Shown here: piece by piece, positions 8,787 through 18,838 of the stretch
Layout of the letters: each line of letters starts with the position of its first letter
Numbering within the stretch: position 1 is the stretch's first letter
Notes under the pieces: model-generated
Seen by the model: the letters and a program-made list of their open reading frames with translations, nothing else
Told to the model about the DNA's origin: nothing
Database searches by the model: none
IMG/VR virus record: IMGVR_UViG_3300035150_000164
Span: 10,766 to 74,765 of that record
DNA length: 64,000 nucleotides
Reading direction: 5' to 3' (one strand)
Source: a virus
Translations under genes and position numbers: made by a program

Positions 8787-9635
8787 CTAAACCAATCTTC
8801 CTCCCTTGCTCAAGTTCTCGTGCCACCATAGCGGCTGCAAATTGCTAGCATGAAAAGCCATCCTTTGCTCCTCAAGATTAGAAAGATCAAAATAACTAAT
8901 CGGCTTAATATGATCAATGTGCCACCCGAATGTCCCATAGTTCTCCCATGTCATCTCTTCTCCGGTTTCAGGATCGGGATAAAACTGCTGCTCTAGAAAC
9001 CATTTTACCACTTTAACAGAGCACCCAATCAATTCAATTGCAGATCTGCTCTTCTTATAACGCCCCCTGACTGCATCTTTAACTCTACACCGCAGGTTCT
9101 CCACCAACTTATACATGGGATCCTCGCGTCTTTTTCGCCTTGTATAATCCCGCAAATATGCATTACGCTTACGCCTAAATCCTGGATCCGACTGATATAT
9201 GGCCACTTTCTTTTTTATTTCTTCCCTGTTTTTAAGATAATATCTCCGCTTCCTCTCTAACAAGGTATCCCTGTTTTTGATCCAGTATTCCCGCGCATTC
9301 TCCGTCAATCTTTCGCGATTGTCTCTCCTGTATACTAGATCGTATTTTCGTTTTACTGCCTTTGCCCTTTCACTAACAACGCGCTCTCCTCTGGCAATCT
9401 CGCCACGTACACGACGGTCATATTTTCTCTGCGCCTCGAGCACTTTATCTCTGTTTTCGTCTCTATATTTCGAATCGTATTTGGATACGCATTTTTTACA
9501 TCGTGCTGCCACACCACCTATACAATCGCGATGCCTCCTGAACTCAGAATACGGTTTCACTACACCGCATATGTTGCACCGTTTCTCAGGCATCGCTCTC
9601 TCGCATAAGGTCTTCCAACATATAGCGCCCATCAC
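8787..9635 (-). CDS. Free-standing HNH homing endonuclease
   Basis: N-terminal CxxC...CKKC, Arg/Lys helical repeats, WENYG..WHIDHIKP...NLQPLW..NLSKG. Confidence 0.85.
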   Translation of the reverse strand: MMGAICWKTLCERAMPEKRCNICGVVKPYSEFRRHRDCIGGVAARCKKCVSKYDSKYRDENRDKVLEAQRKYDRRVRGEIARGERVVSERAKAVKRKYDLVYRRDNRERLTENAREYWIKNRDTLLERKRRYYLKNREEIKKKVAIYQSDPGFRRKRNAYLRDYTRRKRREDPMYKLVENLRCRVKDAVRGRYKKSRSAIELIGCSVKVVKWFLEQQFYPDPETGEEMTWENYGTFGWHIDHIKPISYFDLSNLEEQRMAFHASNLQPLWWHENLSKGGRLV

Positions 9636-10566
9636 TATGAGACGCTAGATCCCTGTGCGCTACTACCCCAGGACCTGGAAACTTTACTTTCCTCCTCGTA
9701 TTCGCAGTAGGAAATTCATATGGAAACAATCCAATTTTCTTCACCACCCATGGTATAAATATTCTCGCCGATGCCATCTGATCATCTGTAGGACATACAT
9801 ACTGATTGGGCACCTTCTTTAAGCCCTTTCGCTTCAATATCTTTTTTATACCTTCTGAAAAAGCACTTGGTTTCCAGGTCCACCATTGCCTCGGTATCCT
9901 ATTAACCCATAATTCCTCGTCTCTATCTCTAACGTAGATAGGACTATATGGATTCACTACCTCAATTCCTATACTCCTTGAGTTAAGTTGATTTGCATGT
10001 ACCATCTGATCCAATACCAAATCTCCATGACACGATATCCTCCCCCAAGGATCCATTATCAACTGAACTCCGTATCTTTTACGAGTCAACGTTCTCTTAC
10101 ATCCTTCAGCTGTTGACCCACATGTCTCATGACACACAAAATTTGTTAACGCATGTTTCCTTCTCTTATGTGAAAATCTGGGCTCTCCATCATCCAAATA
10201 ATTCGTAGCGATATATCCTTTTTTTATCATCTCTTCAGGTAACTTCACCCGCTTTCCCTGTATTATAATCATATTAGAAGGATCTCTACTATCTACAAAA
10301 ATAGATGGAGGTGAAATCTTCCTAATCTTCTTTGTGGTATCTTTCAATTCGTCTATATCTGATTTCATAAACTCAAATGTCTTCGGTCCTATCTTCCCAT
10401 CTGCTACAAGTTTATTCTCAGTCTGATACGCACATACCCATGCAACGAATTCTGAATCAATAGGTCCATCGCTTAATGGTTCTGGTAATTCATGCAACTT
10501 CCACAACTTGTTAACCTTATTACTGTTATACCTTACCGCATCCAATGTATTCTTCTTATTTAGCAT
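9586..10566 (-). CDS. Endolysin: peptidoglycan-binding domain plus N-acetylmuramoyl-L-alanine amidase
   Basis: LVADGKIGPKT; VCHET, HANQLNSRSIGIEV, VAHRD. Confidence 0.85.
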   Translation of the reverse strand: MLNKKNTLDAVRYNSNKVNKLWKLHELPEPLSDGPIDSEFVAWVCAYQTENKLVADGKIGPKTFEFMKSDIDELKDTTKKIRKISPPSIFVDSRDPSNMIIIQGKRVKLPEEMIKKGYIATNYLDDGEPRFSHKRRKHALTNFVCHETCGSTAEGCKRTLTRKRYGVQLIMDPWGRISCHGDLVLDQMVHANQLNSRSIGIEVVNPYSPIYVRDRDEELWVNRIPRQWWTWKPSAFSEGIKKILKRKGLKKVPNQYVCPTDDQMASARIFIPWVVKKIGLFPYEFPTANTRRKVKFPGPGVVAHRDLASHSDGRYMLEDLMRESDA

Positions 10567-10570
10567 CTAT

Positions 10571-11050
10571 TTACCCCATCATCATTCCGACTCTAGCAGC
10601 CCTATCACGTGTTCTAGATTTCTTTATCTTCTGAAAACCACCCCTGTTCATAGAGGCAACCCTTACCGTTCCATCTGCCGTTATTTTTACAAAAAACATC
10701 GCATCCTTCAATCTCTTAAGCAAATCCAGCATTGGATCATCTACGTTCTGCAATATAATCTCGTTTCTATACCAAAACCCAAACGCATCCCTTGTCCACT
10801 CAACTCTGACTCGTATCGGTATATTCCTATCCTCAGCAACATAGATCCAAATCCTTATCTCTCCAATTGCCTTACCTGATCCATCCAATAACGGAGATAC
10901 CAACATCGATATATATCCTCCTGGATATGATGTCGGCACTGGCGTTATAAATTCTCGTTTCGTCCTACCCGTCATACGCAAATATCCCTTGGCTGCATCT
11001 ATCATCCTGTCAGCAATATCTCTCCTTGACATCTGCGTTAAATCACCCAT
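10571..11050 (-). CDS. Hypothetical protein
   Basis: Co-oriented ORF between holin and endolysin. Confidence 0.6.
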   Translation of the reverse strand: MGDLTQMSRRDIADRMIDAAKGYLRMTGRTKREFITPVPTSYPGGYISMLVSPLLDGSGKAIGEIRIWIYVAEDRNIPIRVRVEWTRDAFGFWYRNEIILQNVDDPMLDLLKRLKDAMFFVKITADGTVRVASMNRGGFQKIKKSRTRDRAARVGMMMG

Positions 11051-11055
11051 TTATT

Positions 11056-11334
11056 CTATCCCTCGGTCAATATCCTCTTATCATCCTCGTCTGGCTCAGT
11101 TGTGTCTTCCCAGTTTGGTCCGTCTTCATCACCTTTGGCAATGATAACATCCGATTTCTTTCCTTGATTACCATGATCTGCGATCCCTTGCCCAACTACA
11201 TACGCAGCAACAAGACCTACAATAGTCAAAATCGCCTCGTTGGAAATTCCAAGTTTTAACGTGTCATTCAAAACAGTCAATACCGCAGTCAATACAACCG
11301 TCAAAAGTTTCCTTGAATTAATCTTTTTCAACAT
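11056..11334 (-). CDS. Holin-like membrane protein
   Basis: SRKL N-terminus, two transmembrane helices, charged tail; near the endolysin. Confidence 0.7.
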   Translation of the reverse strand: MLKKINSRKLLTVVLTAVLTVLNDTLKLGISNEAILTIVGLVAAYVVGQGIADHGNQGKKSDVIIAKGDEDGPNWEDTTEPDEDDKRILTEG

Positions 11335-11336
11335 CT

Positions 11337-11582
11337 TTATTCTCCTATCAAAGTTTCTACTTTTCTTACTATTACATCATGACCTATCCTACCAATAGAC
11401 TCAGGATCTCCATCACTCATGGATACAAACATCTCACAATCTCCACCTATACCAGCATACTTACTAAATTGTTTCAATGCACTTGCTAAAGCATTAGCAT
11501 CATCAACCCTTGCCAAGTGAATTACAACTTTTACTGATTGATCATTCCTTATCTCATCAAGCCTTCTAATAAGATTCTTCAT
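11337..11582 (-). CDS. Hypothetical protein
   Basis: MKNLIRRLDEI leader; ATGA coupling. Confidence 0.55.
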   Translation of the reverse strand: MKNLIRRLDEIRNDQSVKVVIHLARVDDANALASALKQFSKYAGIGGDCEMFVSMSDGDPESIGRIGHDVIVRKVETLIGE

Positions 11583-12340
11583 CTTAAATATGCCTTACGA
11601 AGAGTTGGAGATTCACCCTTGTACTCATCCACTACCTTGTTCATAGCATCTATGTACGCCTGGTAAGCCTCAACCTCTGACTGCATTTTCTTCGCCATCG
11701 CAGAAGCAGACCAGTCACCAGTTAACCTCTTGAATACGACCGACCTGTTCTTCATAGCCTTCTTGAATGCCATGTTTGAATTGACCTTCTTCATACCATC
11801 AGAGGTGAACATCTTCTCCATTGAAACTGCCTTCTTCTCAACCTCGTCAAGTTTTGCCTCAACTTCTTTCAGTTTTTTCTCCTCCTTTGGAGTACCGCCT
11901 TTTGTTGCTCGCTCTTTCGCAAATAACTCTTCGTCCCTTTCCTCAATACGGCTAAGTATCTTTGACATTCCTCCTATCCTATTCAATGATTTTCTCATAC
12001 CTATACCCCTATCCTCAAAAAGTTTAGCCTCTTTTTTCATACCATTCTTCTTCATTATATCTATAATCTGCTTAGCCTCTTTAGAGTTAACCTCTCCACC
12101 CTTTGCCAACACCTTTGCAGCATAAGATAAAATTCTGTTCTTAGGCTCGTAATACAAAGCAAGATACAATGCGTCTAGTTTATCCCTGTTAATTTCAGGA
12201 CGTTTTCTCTGCGCACCGAACTTACTTCTAGGACGTATATGAGTACCACTATACACACCCCTGGAAAATCCCGGAGCACTCCACGAATGACCCTCGTCAT
12301 CATGTGCTATTCCTTTTTTGTCTATATAGACTTCGCTCAT
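11579..12340 (-). CDS. Hypothetical basic protein, probably virion-internal
   Basis: Long co-oriented ORF. Confidence 0.6.
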   Translation of the reverse strand: MSEVYIDKKGIAHDDEGHSWSAPGFSRGVYSGTHIRPRSKFGAQRKRPEINRDKLDALYLALYYEPKNRILSYAAKVLAKGGEVNSKEAKQIIDIMKKNGMKKEAKLFEDRGIGMRKSLNRIGGMSKILSRIEERDEELFAKERATKGGTPKEEKKLKEVEAKLDEVEKKAVSMEKMFTSDGMKKVNSNMAFKKAMKNRSVVFKRLTGDWSASAMAKKMQSEVEAYQAYIDAMNKVVDEYKGESPTLRKAYLR

Positions 12341-12341
12341 T

Positions 12342-12629
12342 TTATTCCTCTCTAGTAATATCTTCCCCCAATACCTTCTTGGCAGCTGTTGTCAAAGCAT
12401 CCGATACTGCACTCAAAAATTTCTTCGCATTATCGTCTTTGTCAGCAACAGATGCCAAACCCTTAATAAGTTGTGACATCTTAAAAAACGCATCTTTGTC
12501 CCTGTAATCAGTATCTCTAAGCGCTTTTATCGTATCATCTGTATCTGATGCTTCGCTAATATCACTCTCACAAATTACACCTGACGGAATACCAGATAAT
12601 TCTCTCAATCTATTTATATCCAATACCAT
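12342..12629 (-). CDS. Hypothetical, probable internal head protein
   Basis: RLRELSGIP motif and ISE sites; GAGGT SD. Confidence 0.6.
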   Translation of the reverse strand: MVLDINRLRELSGIPSGVICESDISEASDTDDTIKALRDTDYRDKDAFFKMSQLIKGLASVADKDDNAKKFLSAVSDALTTAAKKVLGEDITREE

Positions 12630-12670
12630 TCTGTTACCTCTTTATCTTTTTTCATTTGTTTCTCCTTGAT

Positions 12671-13237
12671 TTATATTGGATCAAGCAAAGTGAACTCAGA
12701 AAATGCATCTATATTCAATTCAAGTTCTGAAATAGACACCTCGCCACTAGTAGCATCGAAATCGCTACCAGCCTTATATCTTGTCGGAATAGCATTCCAT
12801 AACAACCATGCTTTACCCGGTAAATACAAACCTGCCTCTATAGGCAAATCTATTCCCTCCACCAATGACCCATCTAGTCCACCAGCATCGTGTGCTAAAT
12901 TGATATTAGTAAAATGTAACAACAATAAGTGCCTGTTTGTTACCTCAAGTCCTATAATAGCCCTGTACATCCAATCCCACATCGTATCATCATACCCGCG
13001 AACACCTCTAGTTAGTGTAATAGGTCCAGCAGATCCGCCAATATAAGAATGCTTTTTAAACATAGAATTTACCTGTTTTATCTCGTCAACCTCCGCAGTA
13101 TATTCGGGTGCTGTGATAGATTTAAATCCGAAAAAAGGCGCGCCTAAAACGTAAAAAGGGGGGGCAACAGATGGTACTACATCAAATAACCAAAATCTAT
13201 GAGTCTGCATAAAATCAGCAATTCGGCTTCTCGCCAT
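12671..13237 (-). CDS. Tail tube protein (T4 gp19-like), second paralog
   Basis: GFKSITAPE, ITLTRG, WLLWNAIPTRY, DFDATSGEVSISELEL. Confidence 0.85.
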   Translation of the reverse strand: MARSRIADFMQTHRFWLFDVVPSVAPPFYVLGAPFFGFKSITAPEYTAEVDEIKQVNSMFKKHSYIGGSAGPITLTRGVRGYDDTMWDWMYRAIIGLEVTNRHLLLLHFTNINLAHDAGGLDGSLVEGIDLPIEAGLYLPGKAWLLWNAIPTRYKAGSDFDATSGEVSISELELNIDAFSEFTLLDPI

Positions 13238-13255
13238 ATCACACCTATATTCCCA

Positions 13256-13810
13256 CTATATAGACTCTGAAACAGACTCTGAACCATATAAAATATCAAA
13301 ATACTCAATAGCCAAATCAACTTCTGCAAGCGAAACATCCCCAGTCATTGAATCAAAATCACCAGCTGGCTTCGCTCTAATAGCAAAACATTCTCCACAC
13401 TTTATCTCACGAGTATCTGTTCCAGGGTCTGCCGATGTAGCTAAACTCATCTCGCTACGCTGATAATGATAGATACTAACATCAGAACGATATTCCGTTC
13501 CCCTAATACTAGCCATTATCATTTTAAAAAAAGACGAATCCCTCTTTGTAATTCCTCTCATCAACGTAATCTCAGATACAGTAGGTGGTCCAGGATATTT
13601 CTGAGTCCACTCAAATGTTCCTTCCCTATACTCAGATGCTTCTACAGACAATTCAGGAATAGTAACAGATTGAAACCCAGCCTGTACATCGCCTGCTCCT
13701 CGTCCGTCAGCTCCATCCTCTACACCCTGAAGTGGATCAGTACCATTACTATCGCTAGCAATTACATGGTATCGAAAACCCTGCATAAAATCTGTATTTG
13801 CTGCCCTCAT
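13256..13810 (-). CDS. Tail tube protein (T4 gp19-like)
   Basis: AGFQSVT, EYREG, KYPG, ITLMRG; downstream of the sheath. Confidence 0.88.
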   Translation of the reverse strand: MRAANTDFMQGFRYHVIASDSNGTDPLQGVEDGADGRGAGDVQAGFQSVTIPELSVEASEYREGTFEWTQKYPGPPTVSEITLMRGITKRDSSFFKMIMASIRGTEYRSDVSIYHYQRSEMSLATSADPGTDTREIKCGECFAIRAKPAGDFDSMTGDVSLAEVDLAIEYFDILYGSESVSESI

Positions 13811-13827
13811 TATTAAATCTCCTATCC

Positions 13828-14556
13828 CTACGAGGTATAAGGCCCCGGAGGTAAATTACTAGCTCCAAGTTGAGGAGCTGCATCAAACATGCTAGTTCCC
13901 CATCCTTCACCTAGAACAAACATTATCTGTCCATCAGAAGTTACAGAGCCTGTCCCTACAACTTGGAATTTACAATCTGGAGGAACTATAACTCCACCAT
14001 TTAACCATTCTTTGTATCCTACACCTGTTGTCAATGTAACATAACCAGCATTAACAGAATTTCCGTCTCTATCTATAATATTAAAATTTACAGCAGTTAG
14101 AGTTGGAATATTCACTAAAACAGTTTTGATACTATATCCGTTTCTTGCAATAGTTTCAGGAATATCTATCAACCCACCATCTTCAAGTCCAGAAAATACC
14201 CTGTAACGACCACGTCTAATAGTCTCTTCACTATCCGAATAATTTACTGTTGTAACATCACCATCTACATCGCAAGTTGCGCTAGATGATGTACCTGTAA
14301 TGGTCAAACCATCACTTGGAGAAACACCTGTAGATAGTAATATCACCATACTACCAGTAGCACCATCATCAACAAGCGTACTAAGTATTCCAGTACCTCC
14401 AGTCCATGATAACGGCTCACCTAGTGTAAATGGACCACTGCCTTCGTTATCATAATCAAAAGAATACGATACTCCAGTAGGTGCAACACCTGTTAGTCCT
14501 CCACCATTAAGTACCCTATGTATAATAACACTAGGTATTACCTTTATAACAGCCAT
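13828..14556 (-). CDS. Virion structural protein (beta-rich)
   Basis: Gly/Thr/Ser-rich; between sheath and tube. Confidence 0.6.
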   Translation of the reverse strand: MAVIKVIPSVIIHRVLNGGGLTGVAPTGVSYSFDYDNEGSGPFTLGEPLSWTGGTGILSTLVDDGATGSMVILLSTGVSPSDGLTITGTSSSATCDVDGDVTTVNYSDSEETIRRGRYRVFSGLEDGGLIDIPETIARNGYSIKTVLVNIPTLTAVNFNIIDRDGNSVNAGYVTLTTGVGYKEWLNGGVIVPPDCKFQVVGTGSVTSDGQIMFVLGEGWGTSMFDAAPQLGASNLPPGPYTS

Positions 14557-14564
14557 TCAGTTAC

Positions 14565-17357
14565 CTACCCCTCTGAAGATAAAACTTTTTGACTAAAACG
14601 AAATACAAGAAATTCTGCTGGTTTGTTCGTAGCGACACCAACATCACAGAAAACGATACCCTGATCTACAGTATTCTGTGGATTGTTAGTCCTATCACAA
14701 ATGACAAAATATGATTCTGAAGGAGTTGTACCCGCAAATACTCCAGCCTGATGTTGACCAAGTAAAAACGAACTCACTTGATTTCTAATTCTGTTCCATA
14801 ATGCAGGTCCATTATTTCTAAACAGGTGAACATGAGTAGAATTAAACACTGACTTCTCAACAAACATAAGAGTACGTCTCATCTGGATATACGGAAATTC
14901 TCCTCCAGATGCATCAAGAGTACGCGCACCCCAAACAACCCTTCCAGTGTGAGGCCACTGTACTAAAGCATTAATCTTATCTGTCTTGTAAACTATCCCA
15001 ACCTGTTCAGGAGTCAAATCCAACTCAAGACCAGTAGACCAAGCTAAATTTCCTTTCCCCATACCAGCTGGAGCTTCACCAACATTGTTATCATTGTCTG
15101 TCCTAGCATATACCCCAGCAACATGACCACCACAAGGTATATCCAGATTAACTCCACTTACTGGATCCAAAACCTTAACATGAGGATAATACAAAGCTGC
15201 ATAACTAGACATTTTGTTAAGAGTAAATTTCTTCCAGTTTACAGCTTCCTGATATGTTAACCCATGAGGAACTGTCAAAAGAACGAACTTGTCTTTCATC
15301 AATTCAGCATAATCAACTAAAGCAGCTCCAACCGTTGAATCTGTCTGGAAATCAGCGGCTACCAGTTGCATAAGAGCATCCACTTTTCCAAACGCATAAA
15401 TACCAGCCTGGTCAATAGCAAGAGAAGCATCAATAATATCAGTACTTGATACCGCTGTACCATCTGTTCCTCCTGCCAAAACAGAAGATACAGAAGTAGC
15501 AGGATTCATATAGTAACTAGCCGTTTGAATATAAGCACCAGCAGGTCCTGCACCTGGATTTCCAGAAATAGCCCAAGTAAGATTGACAACTCCAGTTGTA
15601 TAGCTTACTGTATTAACCCCGACTGAATTCAAGCTAAATTTTTGCGGATATCCAGTAGCCTGAGTATCAGATATAGACATATTCCCATTTGCATCATCCT
15701 CAAGTGCAATCGCTGTAGCATAAATACAACCAAATGTAATATCGCTACTAGCAACCGCAGTATCTGAAGACCATGCTGTTACATCCTGTAACGTAAGAGT
15801 GTTAGCAGGTGTACCTGTAATCCCTGTAATCTGCCCAGTAGTATAATCAATAGTAGCACAAGACCCAGCAACACCGTCCCACAGATTACCATCGCCATCA
15901 TCAATAATATGGACCGCTCCAGCTCCAGTAAGAGTCATATCAATCGTAACAGACCCTGGAACAATCGCAGCAGGAACAGATGTGCTACCAGGTGAAACAA
16001 TTGATTCTTCTCCACCTGCATCTGCTGTAGCCGTTCCTATCTTAACTACAGGCTCTATAACTGCATAAATGTCACCCGTTGTCCAAGCAACAGGAGTAGC
16101 TGTCAAAACACCTGTAATACTAGTTGTGTCATTGGCAGTAATAATCGCAGATGCTCCACCTGTGATATTCACTACAATCTTACCTACCAATCCATTTGTC
16201 GTACCAAAATCAGCAGTAGAATCTGTAAGAACAGCATTGTCAGCAGTAGCCGTACCTGTAAACGAAACCAAACCATCCGCCATCTGAAAATCCATACCAA
16301 GTGTCATCTCAAACGGTGCATTAGCAAGAGTATACTCCCACGCCTTTGTAGCTCCATCGTAAGCCACTGGAGGCGTCGAAGTACTTCCCTGTGGTCTCTG
16401 TGTAGCAGTAACAGATTCGTCCGTTACAGCAGTTCCCTGAAGTGTAGGTGGATTAATCCCGTTTCCATAATCAACTACTTCTATCAGATCAGAACCAGAA
16501 CCATCAGCGTTAATAACAGTAGCAACATACGATGGAGATGTAGAATCATCAAATACTAAATCTGCCCATGTCTCTACTGTCGCCCAAGATCTATTTAAAG
16601 CATCTTGGTTTACATCCTCGTCAACAATAACTGTAAACCTTGACCAACTAGCTGTTGCCTGAGTAAGATAGTCGTCGCTGCCCTGAATAATTCTTACCCT
16701 ATAAAAATTACCAGCAGCACCAGGCCAAGCCATCTGAAATCTAAAAATAACATAATTATACGTAGCTAATATGTAATCTGTAGTTCCTGTAAATTGAGAA
16801 GGATCTGTTAGCTCTACATGTATCTCTCCAGTAGATAAATCAATTGTACCAGTTCCTCCGGATGCAGACCCACCAGATGCAGTAGCATCTAAAGTAAGAA
16901 CTCCATCGTCGTCAGAAACGAAAACATTAACTTCAGCTGGTGTTCCCGCATTAGAAAACGTCAAAGAAAACCCAGATGACAAAACTGGAGCATAGTCTAA
17001 CTGCAAATCATATATTCCAGTAGGCTGTACAGTGTTGTCTACCTGTTCATCCTCTACAGATGCTGGAAAATCCCAATAAGCATCATCGGCATCATCGGCA
17101 GTAACACGCACAAAATACAAACGCTGTCCACCGTTAACAAAGAAGGCATATGCCTCATGAGCTGATATGCTATCTGCTGTGAAAGTACCAAATTTAGATG
17201 CCCATTCTGGAAAACTAGTAGAAATAATAGGTTCGTTAACAGGACCCTTGGTGCTAAACCCAATTAATCCCAAATTTGAAGTTGATACGCCAGTTATCGG
17301 ACCAGGACCACTTGATACTTCTTGAATATATACTCCTGGATATGTGTAATCTGTCAT
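14565..17357 (-). CDS. Tail sheath protein with large beta-rich insertions
   Basis: YPGVYIQEV, GFSTKGP, AFFVNGG, YAALYYPH, VWGARTL, CDRTNN, KPAEF. Confidence 0.95.
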   Translation of the reverse strand: MTDYTYPGVYIQEVSSGPGPITGVSTSNLGLIGFSTKGPVNEPIISTSFPEWASKFGTFTADSISAHEAYAFFVNGGQRLYFVRVTADDADDAYWDFPASVEDEQVDNTVQPTGIYDLQLDYAPVLSSGFSLTFSNAGTPAEVNVFVSDDDGVLTLDATASGGSASGGTGTIDLSTGEIHVELTDPSQFTGTTDYILATYNYVIFRFQMAWPGAAGNFYRVRIIQGSDDYLTQATASWSRFTVIVDEDVNQDALNRSWATVETWADLVFDDSTSPSYVATVINADGSGSDLIEVVDYGNGINPPTLQGTAVTDESVTATQRPQGSTSTPPVAYDGATKAWEYTLANAPFEMTLGMDFQMADGLVSFTGTATADNAVLTDSTADFGTTNGLVGKIVVNITGGASAIITANDTTSITGVLTATPVAWTTGDIYAVIEPVVKIGTATADAGGEESIVSPGSTSVPAAIVPGSVTIDMTLTGAGAVHIIDDGDGNLWDGVAGSCATIDYTTGQITGITGTPANTLTLQDVTAWSSDTAVASSDITFGCIYATAIALEDDANGNMSISDTQATGYPQKFSLNSVGVNTVSYTTGVVNLTWAISGNPGAGPAGAYIQTASYYMNPATSVSSVLAGGTDGTAVSSTDIIDASLAIDQAGIYAFGKVDALMQLVAADFQTDSTVGAALVDYAELMKDKFVLLTVPHGLTYQEAVNWKKFTLNKMSSYAALYYPHVKVLDPVSGVNLDIPCGGHVAGVYARTDNDNNVGEAPAGMGKGNLAWSTGLELDLTPEQVGIVYKTDKINALVQWPHTGRVVWGARTLDASGGEFPYIQMRRTLMFVEKSVFNSTHVHLFRNNGPALWNRIRNQVSSFLLGQHQAGVFAGTTPSESYFVICDRTNNPQNTVDQGIVFCDVGVATNKPAEFLVFRFSQKVLSSEG

Positions 17358-17390
17358 TTTAAAACTCTCCTGAAATGTTTTTCAAGCCGA

Positions 17391-17855
17391 TTAACGGCGT
17401 GTTCGTTTACCTTTCTTATTACTATCATCGTTCAACACTCCAGCATCGTCAATCTCTTCCACTATTTCAACAGATTTTTTATCATCTTTTTTCTCCTTTT
17501 TAGGAGAATAATCATCACCTGTAACATTCAATTCGTGTTCTGTCATCTCCATTCCAACCTTTGATACTGGTGGCATATTGGATGACTTTGTAATACCCTT
17601 CTCTGCAAAAAATCTAGCAAGAGGACTCTTTCCAATAGCCTCTTTTATGGTCTTATCAGGAATAGGATCATCACTAACTAAAGACATATTCTTAGGTTTT
17701 CCAGTTTTCCTGAGTTGACCTTTTCTGATCAAAGCTTTAACCTCAATCGTTTCCTCAAGAATCTCAACCTTAGAATGTGGTCTAACTGATTTCGAAAGCC
17801 CCCTCTTTACAGGTATAGGCCTTGCTGTCTTTCCTGAATAGTAATACCAAGCCAT
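17391..17855 (-). CDS. Hypothetical protein
   Basis: GGAGG SD; tail operon. Confidence 0.65.
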   Translation of the reverse strand: MAWYYYSGKTARPIPVKRGLSKSVRPHSKVEILEETIEVKALIRKGQLRKTGKPKNMSLVSDDPIPDKTIKEAIGKSPLARFFAEKGITKSSNMPPVSKVGMEMTEHELNVTGDDYSPKKEKKDDKKSVEIVEEIDDAGVLNDDSNKKGKRTRR

Positions 17856-17863
17856 CTTTCCTC

Positions 17864-18550
17864 CTATTCTACACCCATACTTACTGTATTTCGCGGGTCA
17901 ACCATCGCTGAAGAAACAACATCATCAAACGTATCAATCTCTGCTCTAACAGTAAATGAAAATGTATATGATTGTGTTCTATCGGCAATATCAGCTAACT
18001 CCGATGTATTTGAAATACCTGTTTCTCCAGCATCATAATAACGTACATCTCCAAGAGAGTCCACAACTTTAAACTCAAACCAAGGAATTCTCATTACTCT
18101 CATAACATATCCAATCATCAAATTCTTTACCTGCCCTCTTCGGGCATAAACACTTAAATCATAAGATATGTCATAAGGATCTCCCCTCCTCTGCGTCTCA
18201 TATTTACTCCACCCTGTCTCACCGGTAGGCAACGTAATAGGAATAGCATCATGAGAAGGACCTCTAGCAACTGTACCAGCATAAGGCTGCCTATCAAATG
18301 CTGGAGTCAACGAATTCTGCTTAAAAATAAATGACGGTAATATATAATCTTGATAAGGATCTTCTGGTGTATCAAAAAAAACAGGTATCTTGTTCTGAAA
18401 TCTAGCCATACCAGTATCTATACCATCAATATCAACCACATACTGAGCCCTAATTCCACCGTCTATAGTATAAGTAATCACCTCTGCACCAAGCGTAAGA
18501 AAACACCCAAGATCCCAATCCCGAATGCTTAAAGTTCCAAGTACAGTCAT
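17864..18550 (-). CDS. Probable tail terminator / completion protein
   Basis: LPSF..., PYDISYDLSVYAR, SYTFSFTVRAE; position upstream of the sheath. Confidence 0.6.
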   Translation of the reverse strand: MTVLGTLSIRDWDLGCFLTLGAEVITYTIDGGIRAQYVVDIDGIDTGMARFQNKIPVFFDTPEDPYQDYILPSFIFKQNSLTPAFDRQPYAGTVARGPSHDAIPITLPTGETGWSKYETQRRGDPYDISYDLSVYARRGQVKNLMIGYVMRVMRIPWFEFKVVDSLGDVRYYDAGETGISNTSELADIADRTQSYTFSFTVRAEIDTFDDVVSSAMVDPRNTVSMGVE

Positions 18551-18589
18551 CTAAATCTCAACACGAACTTAAGTTCGCATATATTCATA

Positions 18590-18829
18590 TTACTCTTCAC
18601 CATCTCCACTGTCTTCATCATCTTCGTCTTGTTGCAGTACTTCATCTCCGCAATCAATATCACAAAGATCTGCATCAGCCATCTGATTAATAAAATCGTA
18701 GGCTCGCTCTGCATCTTCTCGACTTCTCTCCAACGATCTGTATAACAACTTATTCTCAATGCTACCAAGTGTATTATTCAGATCATCTAGTCTATCATTG
18801 TCCTTGTTTCCATCTTTCATCTTTTTCAT
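18590..18829 (-). CDS. Acidic hypothetical protein
   Basis: Co-oriented ORF with AAAGGA SD. Confidence 0.5.
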   Translation of the reverse strand: MKKMKDGNKDNDRLDDLNNTLGSIENKLLYRSLERSREDAERAYDFINQMADADLCDIDCGDEVLQQDEDDEDSGDGEE

Positions 18830-18838
18830 CCTTTCAAA

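Noticed and set aside
8787-9635. HNH gene as part of an intron in the endolysin
   Set aside because: The amidase appears complete before the HNH start and no downstream exon is evident, so it is treated as an ordinary free-standing endonuclease.
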